A stretch of DNA of 42,811 bases, taken from Candidatus Vogelbacteria bacterium CG10_big_fil_rev_8_21_14_0_10_51_16. Lineage in GTDB: Bacteria; Patescibacteriota; Minisyncoccia; Phycocordibacterales; JACRKE01. The DNA is taken from the NCBI GenBank assembly GCA_002774795.1, contig PCYI01000019.1, positions 65,480 to 108,290 of the forward strand, given 5' to 3'. Position numbers and translations under genes: made by a program. This document shows, in pieces, positions 1-8,776 of this stretch. The notes under the pieces were generated by a model that was not told where the DNA came from, made no database searches, and saw only the letters and a list, made by a program, of their open reading frames with translations. Position 1 is the stretch's first letter; each line of letters opens with the position of its first letter.

Positions 1-104
1 TAAACCGAAGCAATCCAGAATTCATGGTGGCTAAGAATAAACCTAGATTGCTTCGCGCAGAGCGCTCGCAAAGACGAAAACAGTGTTTTGCGTAAGTCCT
101 ATAA

Positions 105-255
105 AAGTATGTCTCATCCAGGCCCCGCATCAGGCATGGGGTAAACTCCCGGCCGAGATCCAGGCCATGGTTGAACCTGGATCCCTGCCTACCGCAGGCG
201 GGCCGTTCTGCAACGGGATGACACTCGAGATGCGCGAGAGGTGTGAGCGGTTACC
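105..255. repeat. Nested palindromic (MITE-like) element, copy A, inverted relative to copies B and C; left end diverged or truncated
   Basis: Core GATCCAGG..CCTGGATC hairpin, flanking CGTTCTGCAACGGGATGACA module and terminal GGTGTGAGCGGTTACC. The reverse complement aligns module by module with 16612-16815 and 37161-37282. Confidence 0.6.
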
Positions 256-332
256 TTTCCCAAAAGAGGCCAGCTGGCCTATTTTGGGAAATTGGAGAAG
301 GGAAAAAATACGAACTTTGTAGCTCAAAGAGT

Positions 333-1655
333 TTAGAGTCGTGGCAGGTACTCCATCGGGTCGAGGTAGCTCTCTAGGGAAGCCAGGGGCATGGTGTAGG
401 TGCCACAGCCAGGAACCTTACTCTTTAATTGCCCGATTTGTACTCCTTCGGTGGCATAGACAGTAAAGTGAAGATGTGGCCCGGTGGCGTATCCGGTCCG
501 GCCCAGGTAGCCGACGAGGTCACCCGTGGCCACCACTTGGCCCCGGACGGCCTTCACAAGCGAGAGGTGGGCGTAGAGGGTGGAGAGGCCGTTATCGTGG
601 TCGATAAGCACCCATTTGCCGTATGAGGCCCCTTTGCAGGTGAGGTCGGTATCCCCCACCCCCCGTACGGTGCCTCTGCGGGCGCTCCATAGCTCGGTCC
701 CGACGCTTCCCCCAAAGTCTGTACCATTGTGGCCCTTGCCACTGTAGACCTGGCTATGAGTGCGGGAGAATTCTGTATCTCCAAATGGCTGGGTGATGCG
801 CACGGGCTTTAATGGCCAGGCAAGGGAGCCTGTCGCCACCTCTTCCCCTGGAAGCTTGCTTCTGTCGATAATGGTGCGGAGCTCCGTCTCAAAGGCGCGA
901 ATCTCCGCTTCCACGGCGGCTATTTCACGTTCTTTGGTTGCCAGTAAGTTGCGATAGGTGCCCTCTTCGTTTTTGGTAGTAGCAAGGAGCGTCGCCTGTT
1001 CTTTTCTGGCATTATCGGCAATCTTTTTTTGGTCGGCTACTTTTTTACGTAATGCCTCTAGCTTTTGTTTTTCCGCACTTACTTCCGCTTGGTTATCGAC
1101 AAGGGTTGCTCTGGTCTTGCGCAACTCGGCGAGACTGGCGTCTATTGCTCCTGTAAAACTAAGCAACTCTACGTGGGCTCTCATGACGCTACTCATTCTC
1201 TCGGAGGTAAATAGTATTTCCATCAACGAGCGGTCATCCTCGCGTGCGAGCGCTTGCGTGGCGGCGCCTAGCGCCTCGCGATTTTTACGAATGTGCTCCT
1301 CCTTACCCCCGATTTCATCTCCGAGCGAGCGCACTGTGAGCTCCGCTTTGTCTATTTTTGCTTGGGTGGCGTTGACTTCTAGCTGGAGCTTTTTGCGGGT
1401 GGTGTCCAGAACGGCAATCTCGCGCTCTAGAGTCGTCGCCTCGGCGCCAATGGAAAGGAGCTCTTTGTTGTATTTCGCGATCTCTCTTTCGAGCTCGCTG
1501 ATGGAGGCGCTCTTCGCGCCGATCTTTTGTTGAAGCTCAAGGGCAGTCTCACCCAAAACAGCACCCGGCCTTAGGAGAAAGATTAGAAACACTATAATTC
1601 CAGTGGCATACAGAAAAAAAGAGTTAGAGCGCAAGAGTGAACCTAGGTGATTCAT
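333..1655 (-). CDS. M23 family metallopeptidase with N-terminal TM segment and long coiled coil (EnvC-like murein hydrolase or activator)
   Basis: 440 aa ORF. The C-terminal domain has HNGTDF (HxxxD) and GPHLHFTVY (HxH) M23 motifs. The N-terminal 250 aa are heptad-like and rich in E, K and L. Confidence 0.85.
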   Translation of the reverse strand: MNHLGSLLRSNSFFLYATGIIVFLIFLLRPGAVLGETALELQQKIGAKSASISELEREIAKYNKELLSIGAEATTLEREIAVLDTTRKKLQLEVNATQAKIDKAELTVRSLGDEIGGKEEHIRKNREALGAATQALAREDDRSLMEILFTSERMSSVMRAHVELLSFTGAIDASLAELRKTRATLVDNQAEVSAEKQKLEALRKKVADQKKIADNARKEQATLLATTKNEEGTYRNLLATKEREIAAVEAEIRAFETELRTIIDRSKLPGEEVATGSLAWPLKPVRITQPFGDTEFSRTHSQVYSGKGHNGTDFGGSVGTELWSARRGTVRGVGDTDLTCKGASYGKWVLIDHDNGLSTLYAHLSLVKAVRGQVVATGDLVGYLGRTGYATGPHLHFTVYATEGVQIGQLKSKVPGCGTYTMPLASLESYLDPMEYLPRL

Positions 1656-1658
1656 ACT

Positions 1659-2789
1659 CTATTCATGCTCTAGGCCTATGTTTAATAGCGCTTCTGCAAT
1701 TATTTTGGCCGCGTCTGGTTTAAAGAACTTTCTTGCTCCCAGGCGCATCTCCTCTTGAATGGCCACGCTCCCGAGAATGCGGTCAATTTCTGAAGCGAGT
1801 AAGTGTGGGCCAAGATTCTTTTCTTCTATCACTATCGCCGCTCCAGAATGCGCATAGTTATAGGCGTTTGCGCGCTGGTGGTCACCGTGGGCTATTTCAC
1901 CTGAAAGAGGGATAAGAATTGATGGAGTCCCCCACGCCGCAATTTCAAATATTGTAGAGCCAGCCCTGGATATAATGATGTTTGCGCATGCACCGATCAT
2001 TCTAGTGGCAGACATGTCTAGATAACCAAACGGCTTGTAACGATCTTTGTTGCTAGACTGTCCAAGAACCAAGGCGGCTCGGCTTTTGACATCCCCTAGA
2101 TTTAACGCACCAATCTGGTGTACCACGGTGTATTTTTCCACAAGTTGTGGAAGCATGTCCACGATCATATTGTTTATCGTCATGGCACCTTGAGAGCCAC
2201 CTGTGATGTAAATAATCGGCACTCCGGCTTCGGCTCCAAAGAACTCACGCGCACCAGAGGCAGACAGGTCTATAAGAGCGGAGCGCACCGGGTTTCCCGT
2301 GACTGCGACCTTTTCTTTAGGAAAAAAAGTTTCCGCTTCCGCGTAGGAGACGGCCACATAGCGGGCAAACTTTCCGGCCCAGCGATTTACCCGACCGGGC
2401 ACAGAATCAGATTCGTGAATGACAACCGGAATCTGAAGTAGTTTTGCGGCAAAAAGGGCAGGGAAACTCGCGTAGCCACCCTTAGCAAAAATAACGTCCG
2501 GGAAAAGCGTATAGAGTTTCCATGTTGAGGTGATGAGACCAAAAACCGTTTTCAGGGAGTCCGATATATTGCGAATAGATAGATAGGTGCGCGACCTACC
2601 TGCCGTGGTATGAATATAGGTAAGATGTGCTTCAAACAAAGCCCGTTTGTTATAGGGTGAATCGGACATGTAGTAGAGCTCAATGCCCACATACTTTTCC
2701 TCCTCTGCTTTTTCCTGTAAGGCTTCGGCCACGGCAATTATGGGATAAAAGTGACCCCCACTACCTCCACCGGTGAATAGAATCTTCAT
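1659..2789 (-). CDS. murG: UDP-GlcNAc:lipid I N-acetylglucosaminyltransferase MurG
   Basis: 376 aa. N-terminal MKILFTGGGSGGHFYPIIAV G-loop, GGSQGA motif, and a position in the dcw cluster next to ftsW. Confidence 0.9.
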   Translation of the reverse strand: MKILFTGGGSGGHFYPIIAVAEALQEKAEEEKYVGIELYYMSDSPYNKRALFEAHLTYIHTTAGRSRTYLSIRNISDSLKTVFGLITSTWKLYTLFPDVIFAKGGYASFPALFAAKLLQIPVVIHESDSVPGRVNRWAGKFARYVAVSYAEAETFFPKEKVAVTGNPVRSALIDLSASGAREFFGAEAGVPIIYITGGSQGAMTINNMIVDMLPQLVEKYTVVHQIGALNLGDVKSRAALVLGQSSNKDRYKPFGYLDMSATRMIGACANIIISRAGSTIFEIAAWGTPSILIPLSGEIAHGDHQRANAYNYAHSGAAIVIEEKNLGPHLLASEIDRILGSVAIQEEMRLGARKFFKPDAAKIIAEALLNIGLEHE

Positions 2790-2793
2790 ATTC

Positions 2794-2878
2794 TAGTTTT
2801 TAGTTTGTAGTTTGTAGCTTGTAGTTTGTAGAGAATGCGTGGATTTTGTATTTCCTACTCACTAATAGCTACGCTCTA
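2794..2878. repeat. Intergenic imperfect hairpin built from tandem TAGTTTG/GTAG words (left arm) and CTAC words (right arm)
   Basis: TAGTTTTTAGTTTGTAGTTTGTAGCTTGTAGTTTGTAG at 2794-2831, opposed by CCTACTCACTAATAGCTACGCTCTAG at 2853-2878. Confidence 0.5.
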
Positions 2879-2888
2879 GACCCTGTAA

Positions 2889-3992
2889 TTATGTCGTCAC
2901 TCTGTGTCTTGACACATTCAATATTATGCCGACTTCTACTAAAGTAAAAACCAGGGCTGTTCCTCCGTGACTAACAAAAAGCAGAGGGACTCCTGTAAGA
3001 GGAATAATGCCAAGCATGGCCCCGATATTGATAAACGACTGACCTGTGATGAGTATAACAATTCCAGCCACCGTCAGTCTACCAAAACTATTTGGAGCAT
3101 CGGCCGCTATCTTCATGCCACGCAGTCCAAAACCCAGAAAAAGGAGAATAAGAAGACTGCTCCCAACAAAACCAAACTCCTCGGCGGCGACGGCAAAGAT
3201 CGAGTCACCAATCGCTTCTGGAAGATAGTTAAACTTTTGAACGCTCTGGCCGAATCCACGCCCCACGACTCCCCCAGAACCAATGGCTAAAATAGACTGA
3301 CGGAGCTGGTATGAGGCGCCTAGCTGATCCCGACCGGGGTCCATAAAAGTGAGGAGGCGCTCTCGGACGTACGGTCGAAAACTGGCAAGCAGGACGACTC
3401 CCAGAATGGCGGCACTTAAAAGCACCCCAATATGTTTCCAGGAAGCTCCGGCAATAGCAAAGATTCCTATGGAAGATGCGAATATAACTAGAAAAGTCCC
3501 CGTGTCTGGCTGGGTGAGAACAAGAAGCGTGGCAATTGCAAGGACGCCACAAAAAGGGAGAAGGCCATATTGAAATGTGTGAGCTCTATCTTGATAGCGA
3601 GAATACCACCAGGCAAGAGCAAGCACCGTCCCCAGTTTTAAAAATTCAGAAGGTTGAAATGTAATGGGTCCGACGGCTATCCAACGCATCGCTCCTCCCG
3701 AAGAGAATCCGACACCTGGAATAAAAAGAATTGCGCTTACAAGCACCGAGCATAGAAAGAGCGGCAATGCCCATTTTTGCCAATATTTATATGGCATCTT
3801 TGAAATAGCAAAAAGAGCAACGGTTCCCATCACAACCCCTATTATAAGCTGTTTTAAAATAACAAACTGGAAGCCCGCTCCGCTCCTGGCTAAAAGTCCG
3901 AAAGCGGCAGAAGTAAATATAAAGAAGCCAACCATAAGTAGGATTACCACAATGACAAAGAGAAGTCGGTCTGGCCTGTTTTTGTGCTTCAT
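2889..3992 (-). CDS. ftsW: SEDS-family peptidoglycan glycosyltransferase (FtsW/RodA), called FtsW from its dcw position
   Basis: 367 aa polytopic membrane protein. Conserved PDTGT-like QPDTGTF and C-terminal GGTALVF motifs. Lies between murG and mraY. Confidence 0.8.
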   Translation of the reverse strand: MKHKNRPDRLLFVIVVILLMVGFFIFTSAAFGLLARSGAGFQFVILKQLIIGVVMGTVALFAISKMPYKYWQKWALPLFLCSVLVSAILFIPGVGFSSGGAMRWIAVGPITFQPSEFLKLGTVLALAWWYSRYQDRAHTFQYGLLPFCGVLAIATLLVLTQPDTGTFLVIFASSIGIFAIAGASWKHIGVLLSAAILGVVLLASFRPYVRERLLTFMDPGRDQLGASYQLRQSILAIGSGGVVGRGFGQSVQKFNYLPEAIGDSIFAVAAEEFGFVGSSLLILLFLGFGLRGMKIAADAPNSFGRLTVAGIVILITGQSFINIGAMLGIIPLTGVPLLFVSHGGTALVFTLVEVGIILNVSRHRVTT

Positions 3993-4005
3993 GAGTGGCT
4001 GTTAC

Positions 4006-4998
4006 TTACTCCATGTCTTCAATGATAAGACGATAGAGTGCTTTGACCCGATTGCGGGCATCTTTACCGATAGCGCTATAGTGTTCAAGTCCCGGGTGGT
4101 CATTCACTTCAAGGACTGTGTATTGGCTAATGGGACCAGTGACGCTTTCTTTGGTCATAATGTCAATGCCGGCGAATGTTAGCCCCGCGTCCCTCGCTAT
4201 CTGAATAGCCGTATTTCTGAGACTCTGGTGAACTTCAGTGCTCAAGTCTACTGCGTCTCCTCCGGCAGAGAGGTTGGCGTTATCAAGAAGTCGAAGCAGT
4301 TGCCCGCTCCGAGGGCGACTATCTAAATCAAGACCATAGTTCCGTGTTAGGCAGTTGCTTATGCGTGTATCGTTTGGGACAATCTTTACCCCTCTCCCCC
4401 CTTTTTTTAAATGTGAGAGTTTTGCTTCCAGAAGCTCGCGCACCGTTTTGTTGCCGTCACCAACCACCGAAAGAGGGGTGCGTTCATAGAAGATGGGAGC
4501 GCTGTCCTTGTATACAATCGCGCGGTAGTCTCGCCCGTGAATGACCTTCTGAACAAGCACAATGTTGTTGTCGTAGAAAAGCTCTCCCAGTGCCTGTTCT
4601 AAAAAGTTGCGGTCTTCGACCAAGCTTACGCCGTTTCCTTGAGCTCGCGCGTTTGGTTTTACTATTACAGGATAGCCAATTGTGGTAGCGTAATCTAGCG
4701 CTGCGCTCAGGTTGTTGCTGGTGTTATTTATAAGACACCATTGGTCCGAGAAAAAAGCCTCTCCTTCAGGAACAGAATAGCCTAAAGATTTAAGAAAAAA
4801 ACTGGTGTAATCTTTGTCGGACGCTATGCGAGCCGCCGCCGCGCCGTTGCAGTCCATCGTGGCTAAATGAAAAAATCGACGACTGCCGGACGGGTATGTA
4901 ACTCTTCCGGCATAGCCGAACTTTGGCTCTAAAAATAGCTCAATACCAAGCTCGCGAGCTGTCTCGGCAATCAAGGAGCTGGTGAAGGGAGGAGACAT
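4006..4998 (-). CDS. ATP-grasp amino-acid ligase (RimK / cyanophycin-synthetase-like fold), substrate unknown
   Basis: 330 aa. Motifs VIVKPNARAQGNGV, LVQKVIHGRDYRAIV, NLSAGGDAVD, AGIDIM and LEVNDHPGL are typical ATP-grasp elements. Confidence 0.75.
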   Translation of the reverse strand: MSPPFTSSLIAETARELGIELFLEPKFGYAGRVTYPSGSRRFFHLATMDCNGAAAARIASDKDYTSFFLKSLGYSVPEGEAFFSDQWCLINNTSNNLSAALDYATTIGYPVIVKPNARAQGNGVSLVEDRNFLEQALGELFYDNNIVLVQKVIHGRDYRAIVYKDSAPIFYERTPLSVVGDGNKTVRELLEAKLSHLKKGGRGVKIVPNDTRISNCLTRNYGLDLDSRPRSGQLLRLLDNANLSAGGDAVDLSTEVHQSLRNTAIQIARDAGLTFAGIDIMTKESVTGPISQYTVLEVNDHPGLEHYSAIGKDARNRVKALYRLIIEDME

Positions 4999-5005
4999 AA
5001 AAAAT

Positions 5006-5072
5006 GAATCTGGAATGAAGAATCTTGAATTTGGATTTACGCATCATTCTAGATTCCAGATTCAAGATTTCA
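5006..5072. repeat. Intergenic hairpin made of GAATCT/GGAAT words
   Basis: Left arm GAATCTGGAATGAAGAATCTTGAATTTGGA. Right arm TCTAGATTCCAGATTCAAGATTTC is its imperfect reverse complement. Confidence 0.5.
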
Positions 5073-5083
5073 GCTTCTTGAGT

Positions 5084-6145
5084 TTAGAGCTTTCCCACTA
5101 TGGCAACCACCATGCCTGCCACTGATGTCACTACGCCTACTATCCAGTAGCGCATTACCACTTTTGTAGCGGGCCAGCCAAGGGCTTGAAAATGATGATG
5201 AAGGGGGGCGACAAGGAAAACTTTTCTTCCCCCGCGAAAACGCTTGGAAAGCATTTGAATGATGCTCGATGCTGATGTTATCCACAATGGAAAAGCTATT
5301 ATCACAAGGGCGAGAACGGCGTCAGTAAGAAAGGCAACAACGGCCAGGGTGACAGTAAGAGCCAGAGCCCCGGTTTCCGAAAGGAAGAAGCGCGCGGGCG
5401 GTATATTGTACCACAGAAAGGCAAGCACGGCTCCCACCACAACGGCGCAAAAGGCCGCGATATCTATTTGTTGTTGCGCGAATGCTATACCTGAATAAGC
5501 GGCAAACATCGAAGCAAAGATGCCACCAGATAATCCATCTAATCCGTCTATTACGCCACCAGAAAAAAGGGCAAGCATTACTATCATAAAAAATGGAACG
5601 AAGAAAAAACCTAGAGAAATTGGATCTAAAAAAGGCACAGAGACCGTGCTCACTCCAAGTTTTAAATAAAACCACAAGGCACCAACAAGACCGATGAAAA
5701 GAACAGCTACTATTCTCTTTGTGGCCGAAAGTCCCCCACCGACACCAGCGCCCTGTTCGCGCACTTGCAAGAGGTCGTCTACCAGACCAACCAGGGCCGC
5801 CACCACTAAGCTAAACAGGGGTAACCAAGTCTGGTTTCTACTTAAAAAAGAGAGCTTTTCTGTTGCGGTGGTTGGAAATAGCGCCGCCAACATCCAGAAA
5901 AGTAATGTTGTCAAAAGGACGCTTCCCCATACCACTATGCCGCCCATGCGTGGTGTTTTCCTCTCTTCGTCATTGTGGAGCTTGGCTGTGATAGTGGCAG
6001 AGTGGCCGTCCATGGCCCTTGGGACGTTCTTTTTTTTCCACATCTTATTGCGGTAAAGATAGTCGGCTAGAGCCGGAGTAATTGCCATACCTACCAAAAA
6101 AGCAATAGTTAATGGTACGAATATTTTAATGATGTCTAGAAACAT
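5084..6145 (-). CDS. mraY: Phospho-N-acetylmuramoyl-pentapeptide transferase MraY
   Basis: 353 aa polytopic membrane protein. Motifs KTPRMGG, VGLVDD, DGLDGL and PLHHHF are typical of MraY. Confidence 0.9.
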   Translation of the reverse strand: MFLDIIKIFVPLTIAFLVGMAITPALADYLYRNKMWKKKNVPRAMDGHSATITAKLHNDEERKTPRMGGIVVWGSVLLTTLLFWMLAALFPTTATEKLSFLSRNQTWLPLFSLVVAALVGLVDDLLQVREQGAGVGGGLSATKRIVAVLFIGLVGALWFYLKLGVSTVSVPFLDPISLGFFFVPFFMIVMLALFSGGVIDGLDGLSGGIFASMFAAYSGIAFAQQQIDIAAFCAVVVGAVLAFLWYNIPPARFFLSETGALALTVTLAVVAFLTDAVLALVIIAFPLWITSASSIIQMLSKRFRGGRKVFLVAPLHHHFQALGWPATKVVMRYWIVGVVTSVAGMVVAIVGKL

Positions 6146-6235
6146 GGGCCTGGATATCGGTATTTTTTAAAAATCAACAAATAGAATGAGACCCGATTTA
6201 TGCGCAATAAAGAGTTTATTGTGCTGGAAGCAATC

Positions 6236-7162
6236 TTAGCGCGTCTTGTCTTTGCTGTCGACCGCTTTGCTTAGGTCTCCTATGTCTGAGGCAAAGTACT
6301 GCAAGGTGGCTCTCGAAAGTCTCTCTACGTCACTAAATCTCTCAGCTTCTCCAGAGCCCATAACTACAATTACAATAGGATGATTAATGCCAGCATCTGT
6401 GATAATAGCGAGATTACCGCCAGCCAGGTCTGTGAATCCTGTTTTAGAAGCAAGAACGGCCGGCAAACGCTCGACGATGATATTTGTATTTTCCGTATCA
6501 GTGAGTGCTCCTTCGCGACTTTTAAGGTTAACAATAGCGTTAGAGGTCGCTCTAAATATTTCAGGTTGACTGCTTGCGCCGTACCAAAGAAGTGTCGCTG
6601 TTTCGCGAGCTGTCCCGTACGCGCCAGCTGTTGTGTCATCGATGTCTAAGCCACTGGTGTTTAAGTATAGGGTGTTTCTGAGTCCAAGAGTATCTGCGGT
6701 TGCATTCATTGCCTCCACAAAGATTGATTCTCCGGACCATCGGTTGCTGTCGTAAGTGTCGTTTGCGAGGGCTGTCACGGCTTGCGCGGCATAGTTTGAG
6801 GACGAGACAAGCATCTTTTCAAGGAATGTGATAAGTGTCCATGTATGTTGACCTTGCGCGTCCGCGAAACTCTTAGGGCTGTTATTGCCGTATTGCTCCA
6901 CTGCAACTATTGCCGTCATTATCTTCGTGAGTGAGGCAAGCGGTAGGGGGAGGTCCGCTTCTTTGTCGTAGAGTACTTTTTGGGTAATTGGATCGTATAC
7001 TATGGCGGCACGCGCAGTCAGCTCCACTTCTGGAAAGGAACGCTTAAGAGATGTCAAGGGCGCCTCTTTTTGGGTGATTGTTGAAGAATGCCTTAAGATG
7101 CCCATGTACCCAAGCATGGATATTACTACGAAGCTTAATATAAGTGGCGCGCTTAACTTCAT
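6236..7162 (-). CDS. Serine-type D-Ala-D-Ala carboxypeptidase (peptidase S11, PBP5-like), membrane anchored
   Basis: 308 aa. SLTK (SxxK), SSN (SxN) and KTGFT (KTG) motifs occur in the correct order. N-terminal hydrophobic anchor. Confidence 0.8.
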   Translation of the reverse strand: MKLSAPLILSFVVISMLGYMGILRHSSTITQKEAPLTSLKRSFPEVELTARAAIVYDPITQKVLYDKEADLPLPLASLTKIMTAIVAVEQYGNNSPKSFADAQGQHTWTLITFLEKMLVSSSNYAAQAVTALANDTYDSNRWSGESIFVEAMNATADTLGLRNTLYLNTSGLDIDDTTAGAYGTARETATLLWYGASSQPEIFRATSNAIVNLKSREGALTDTENTNIIVERLPAVLASKTGFTDLAGGNLAIITDAGINHPIVIVVMGSGEAERFSDVERLSRATLQYFASDIGDLSKAVDSKDKTR

Positions 7163-7740
7163 ATCTTTTGGTCAAGTTCCGCTTCTGTTTGAGCATCACC
7201 TCTTGTCGACCTTTCTAAATAGTTTACGAGAGCGGCAACAACCGTGTCGCAGTCAGGCAGTTCCTCTAAAGATTTTAATCCTAGGTGGGCCAAGGTCTCT
7301 ATGGTCGGCACATATCGGGCTTGGCGTTTATCTGAACCATCTGCATTGCGTTCGATCAGGCCTCTAAGTGTAAGGTGTCTAATAATATGACTTGAATCAA
7401 CTCCGCGAATCGTGTTTATCTCACTTCGAGAAATCGGATTTCTGTAGAGCACAAGCGCGAGCACCTCTAATCCCGCTCGGCCAATATCTTTTTCGCGCTC
7501 CTCGATAAGGTTGGTCTCAAGAAAGGCCGACAGCTCCGGAGCTGTTCCAAGGGCAACGGAATCTTGCGTCTGGAGAATGGCGAGACCACTTTCTTGCTCT
7601 TTGTAGCGTGCGGCTAGGGCGACAACAGCCTCCTTAACCTCTTCGGGTGAGCTTTCACATATTCTTGTTAATTTAGTTAGGGATGACGGCTCACCTGTTT
7701 GCAAAAGAAATCCTTCAATTTTAGCTGAAAGTGAAAACAT
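7159..7740 (-). CDS. scpB: Segregation and condensation protein B
   Basis: 193 aa. LEVLALVLYRNPISRSEINTIRGVDSSHIIRHLTLRGLIE matches the ScpB winged-helix signature. Overlaps the downstream gene by 4 nt. Confidence 0.85.
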   Translation of the reverse strand: MFSLSAKIEGFLLQTGEPSSLTKLTRICESSPEEVKEAVVALAARYKEQESGLAILQTQDSVALGTAPELSAFLETNLIEEREKDIGRAGLEVLALVLYRNPISRSEINTIRGVDSSHIIRHLTLRGLIERNADGSDKRQARYVPTIETLAHLGLKSLEELPDCDTVVAALVNYLERSTRGDAQTEAELDQKI

Positions 7741-7815
7741 GGAATTTTAGCTTAAGTATATTGGAATCTTGCCTAGACGTTCTGGGTATAGATGCTATCT
7801 ATTGGTTTCTAATTT

Positions 7816-7933
7816 GAGACTGTAGAAAAACTATTTTTCTACAGTCTCACCCCGTCGAATGACGGGGTCACCCTGATTTTTTCTTGATAAGTGTTGGTAC
7901 AAAAACTCACTTTTTTTGTTTTTCTACAGTCTC
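7816..7933. repeat. Repeat-rich spacer between scpA and scpB: a perfect 33-nt palindrome, a 20-nt GC palindrome and a third half-site copy
   Basis: GAGACTGTAGAAAAACTATTTTTCTACAGTCTC (7816-7848), ACCCCGTCGAATGACGGGGT (7849-7868) and TTTTTCTACAGTCTC again at 7919-7933. Confidence 0.7.
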
Positions 7934-7947
7934 AATTTACGCGGTAC

Positions 7948-8712
7948 CTACGTGTAGTTAGGCAACGTGGAGTGTGCCGTCGCCACCTCTATGTCATTAA
8001 AATGGTCTTTCTGACTAAGGGCCACAAGGCCGCGTCTGGCTAATTCTAGAAGCGCAAGGAAGCTAACAATAATTCGTTTCTTCTCAACCGTATCTAGTGG
8101 AGCAACTCCTTTCGACCGTCGGTGCGCGTTGAAGCGCATTGAAAGAGCGCTTTGCAGTCTTGCGAGGGTATCTTCCATTACGTCGTTTAGGTTAGCTATC
8201 TTTTCAATAGCCGCTTCAGGAATACTGCGAAGATTGGGTAGCTCGTTAATTAGTCTTACGATAATCTCTCTAATTTCACCAAGACCACACGTAAGGTGGT
8301 CTCCAATCTTTTTTGGAGGAGAGAATCTCACCATCTGCGGAAGAGGTGCTCCCACATAGATTCGCGCACTCTTTTGGAGGTGGTCAAGCGTAATGGCCGC
8401 GTCGCGCACTATTTGATAGACAGCAAGACGGTTTTCTAGGTCTACCACGTCTTGTTCCTCTTCCTTGGTTAGTGAAAATTCCGGAATAAGTGAACGTGAC
8501 TTTATGAGGAGTAGGGTCGACGCTACCAGTATGAAATTAGCAGTGGTGGCTAATGGTAAGTCAGAGTGCGCTTCCAAGTGTTCTATAAAACTGTCGGCGA
8601 TGGCGGCGAGGGAAAGATCATTTACGAGCATCTTTCTTTCCTGGACAAGTTTTAGCACCAGGTCAAGAGGGCCAGAAAAATCTCCAACAGTGACGTTAAA
8701 CTCTTCCTCCAT
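7948..8712 (-). CDS. scpA: Segregation and condensation protein A (kleisin)
   Basis: 254 aa. N-terminal FSGPLDLVLKLVQERKMLVNDLSLAAIADSF matches the ScpA signature. Adjacent to scpB. Confidence 0.85.
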   Translation of the reverse strand: MEEEFNVTVGDFSGPLDLVLKLVQERKMLVNDLSLAAIADSFIEHLEAHSDLPLATTANFILVASTLLLIKSRSLIPEFSLTKEEEQDVVDLENRLAVYQIVRDAAITLDHLQKSARIYVGAPLPQMVRFSPPKKIGDHLTCGLGEIREIIVRLINELPNLRSIPEAAIEKIANLNDVMEDTLARLQSALSMRFNAHRRSKGVAPLDTVEKKRIIVSFLALLELARRGLVALSQKDHFNDIEVATAHSTLPNYT

Positions 8713-8776
8713 GCATAACAGTATACCTCAATCTTAGCCAGTTGCCTTGTTGAAAATCTAAAGGAAGCGCACCCTC

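Noticed and set aside
83-322. Track ORFs at 83-322, 130-327, 16601-16807, 16692-17018 and 37152-37334, which encode DPGS..WIP..NGMT-like peptides.
   Set aside because: They are translations of the nested palindromic element copies. The same DNA reads open on both strands because it is palindromic. They are not genes.
958-1533. Long plus-strand ORFs antisense to backbone genes. Examples are 958-1533, 3664-4182, 9705-10187, 15130-15603, 18181-18651, 29470-30177 and 39041-39550.
   Set aside because: Each lies entirely inside a minus-strand gene with clear family motifs. Their products are low-complexity and rich in S, R and A. They have no start context. They are shadow ORFs.
2794-2831. Tandem short repeats (also 32908-32937, 33419-33449 and 39305-39337) considered as possible CRISPR arrays.
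   Set aside because: The repeat units are only 5-9 nt and contiguous, with no unique spacers. No cas genes are present.
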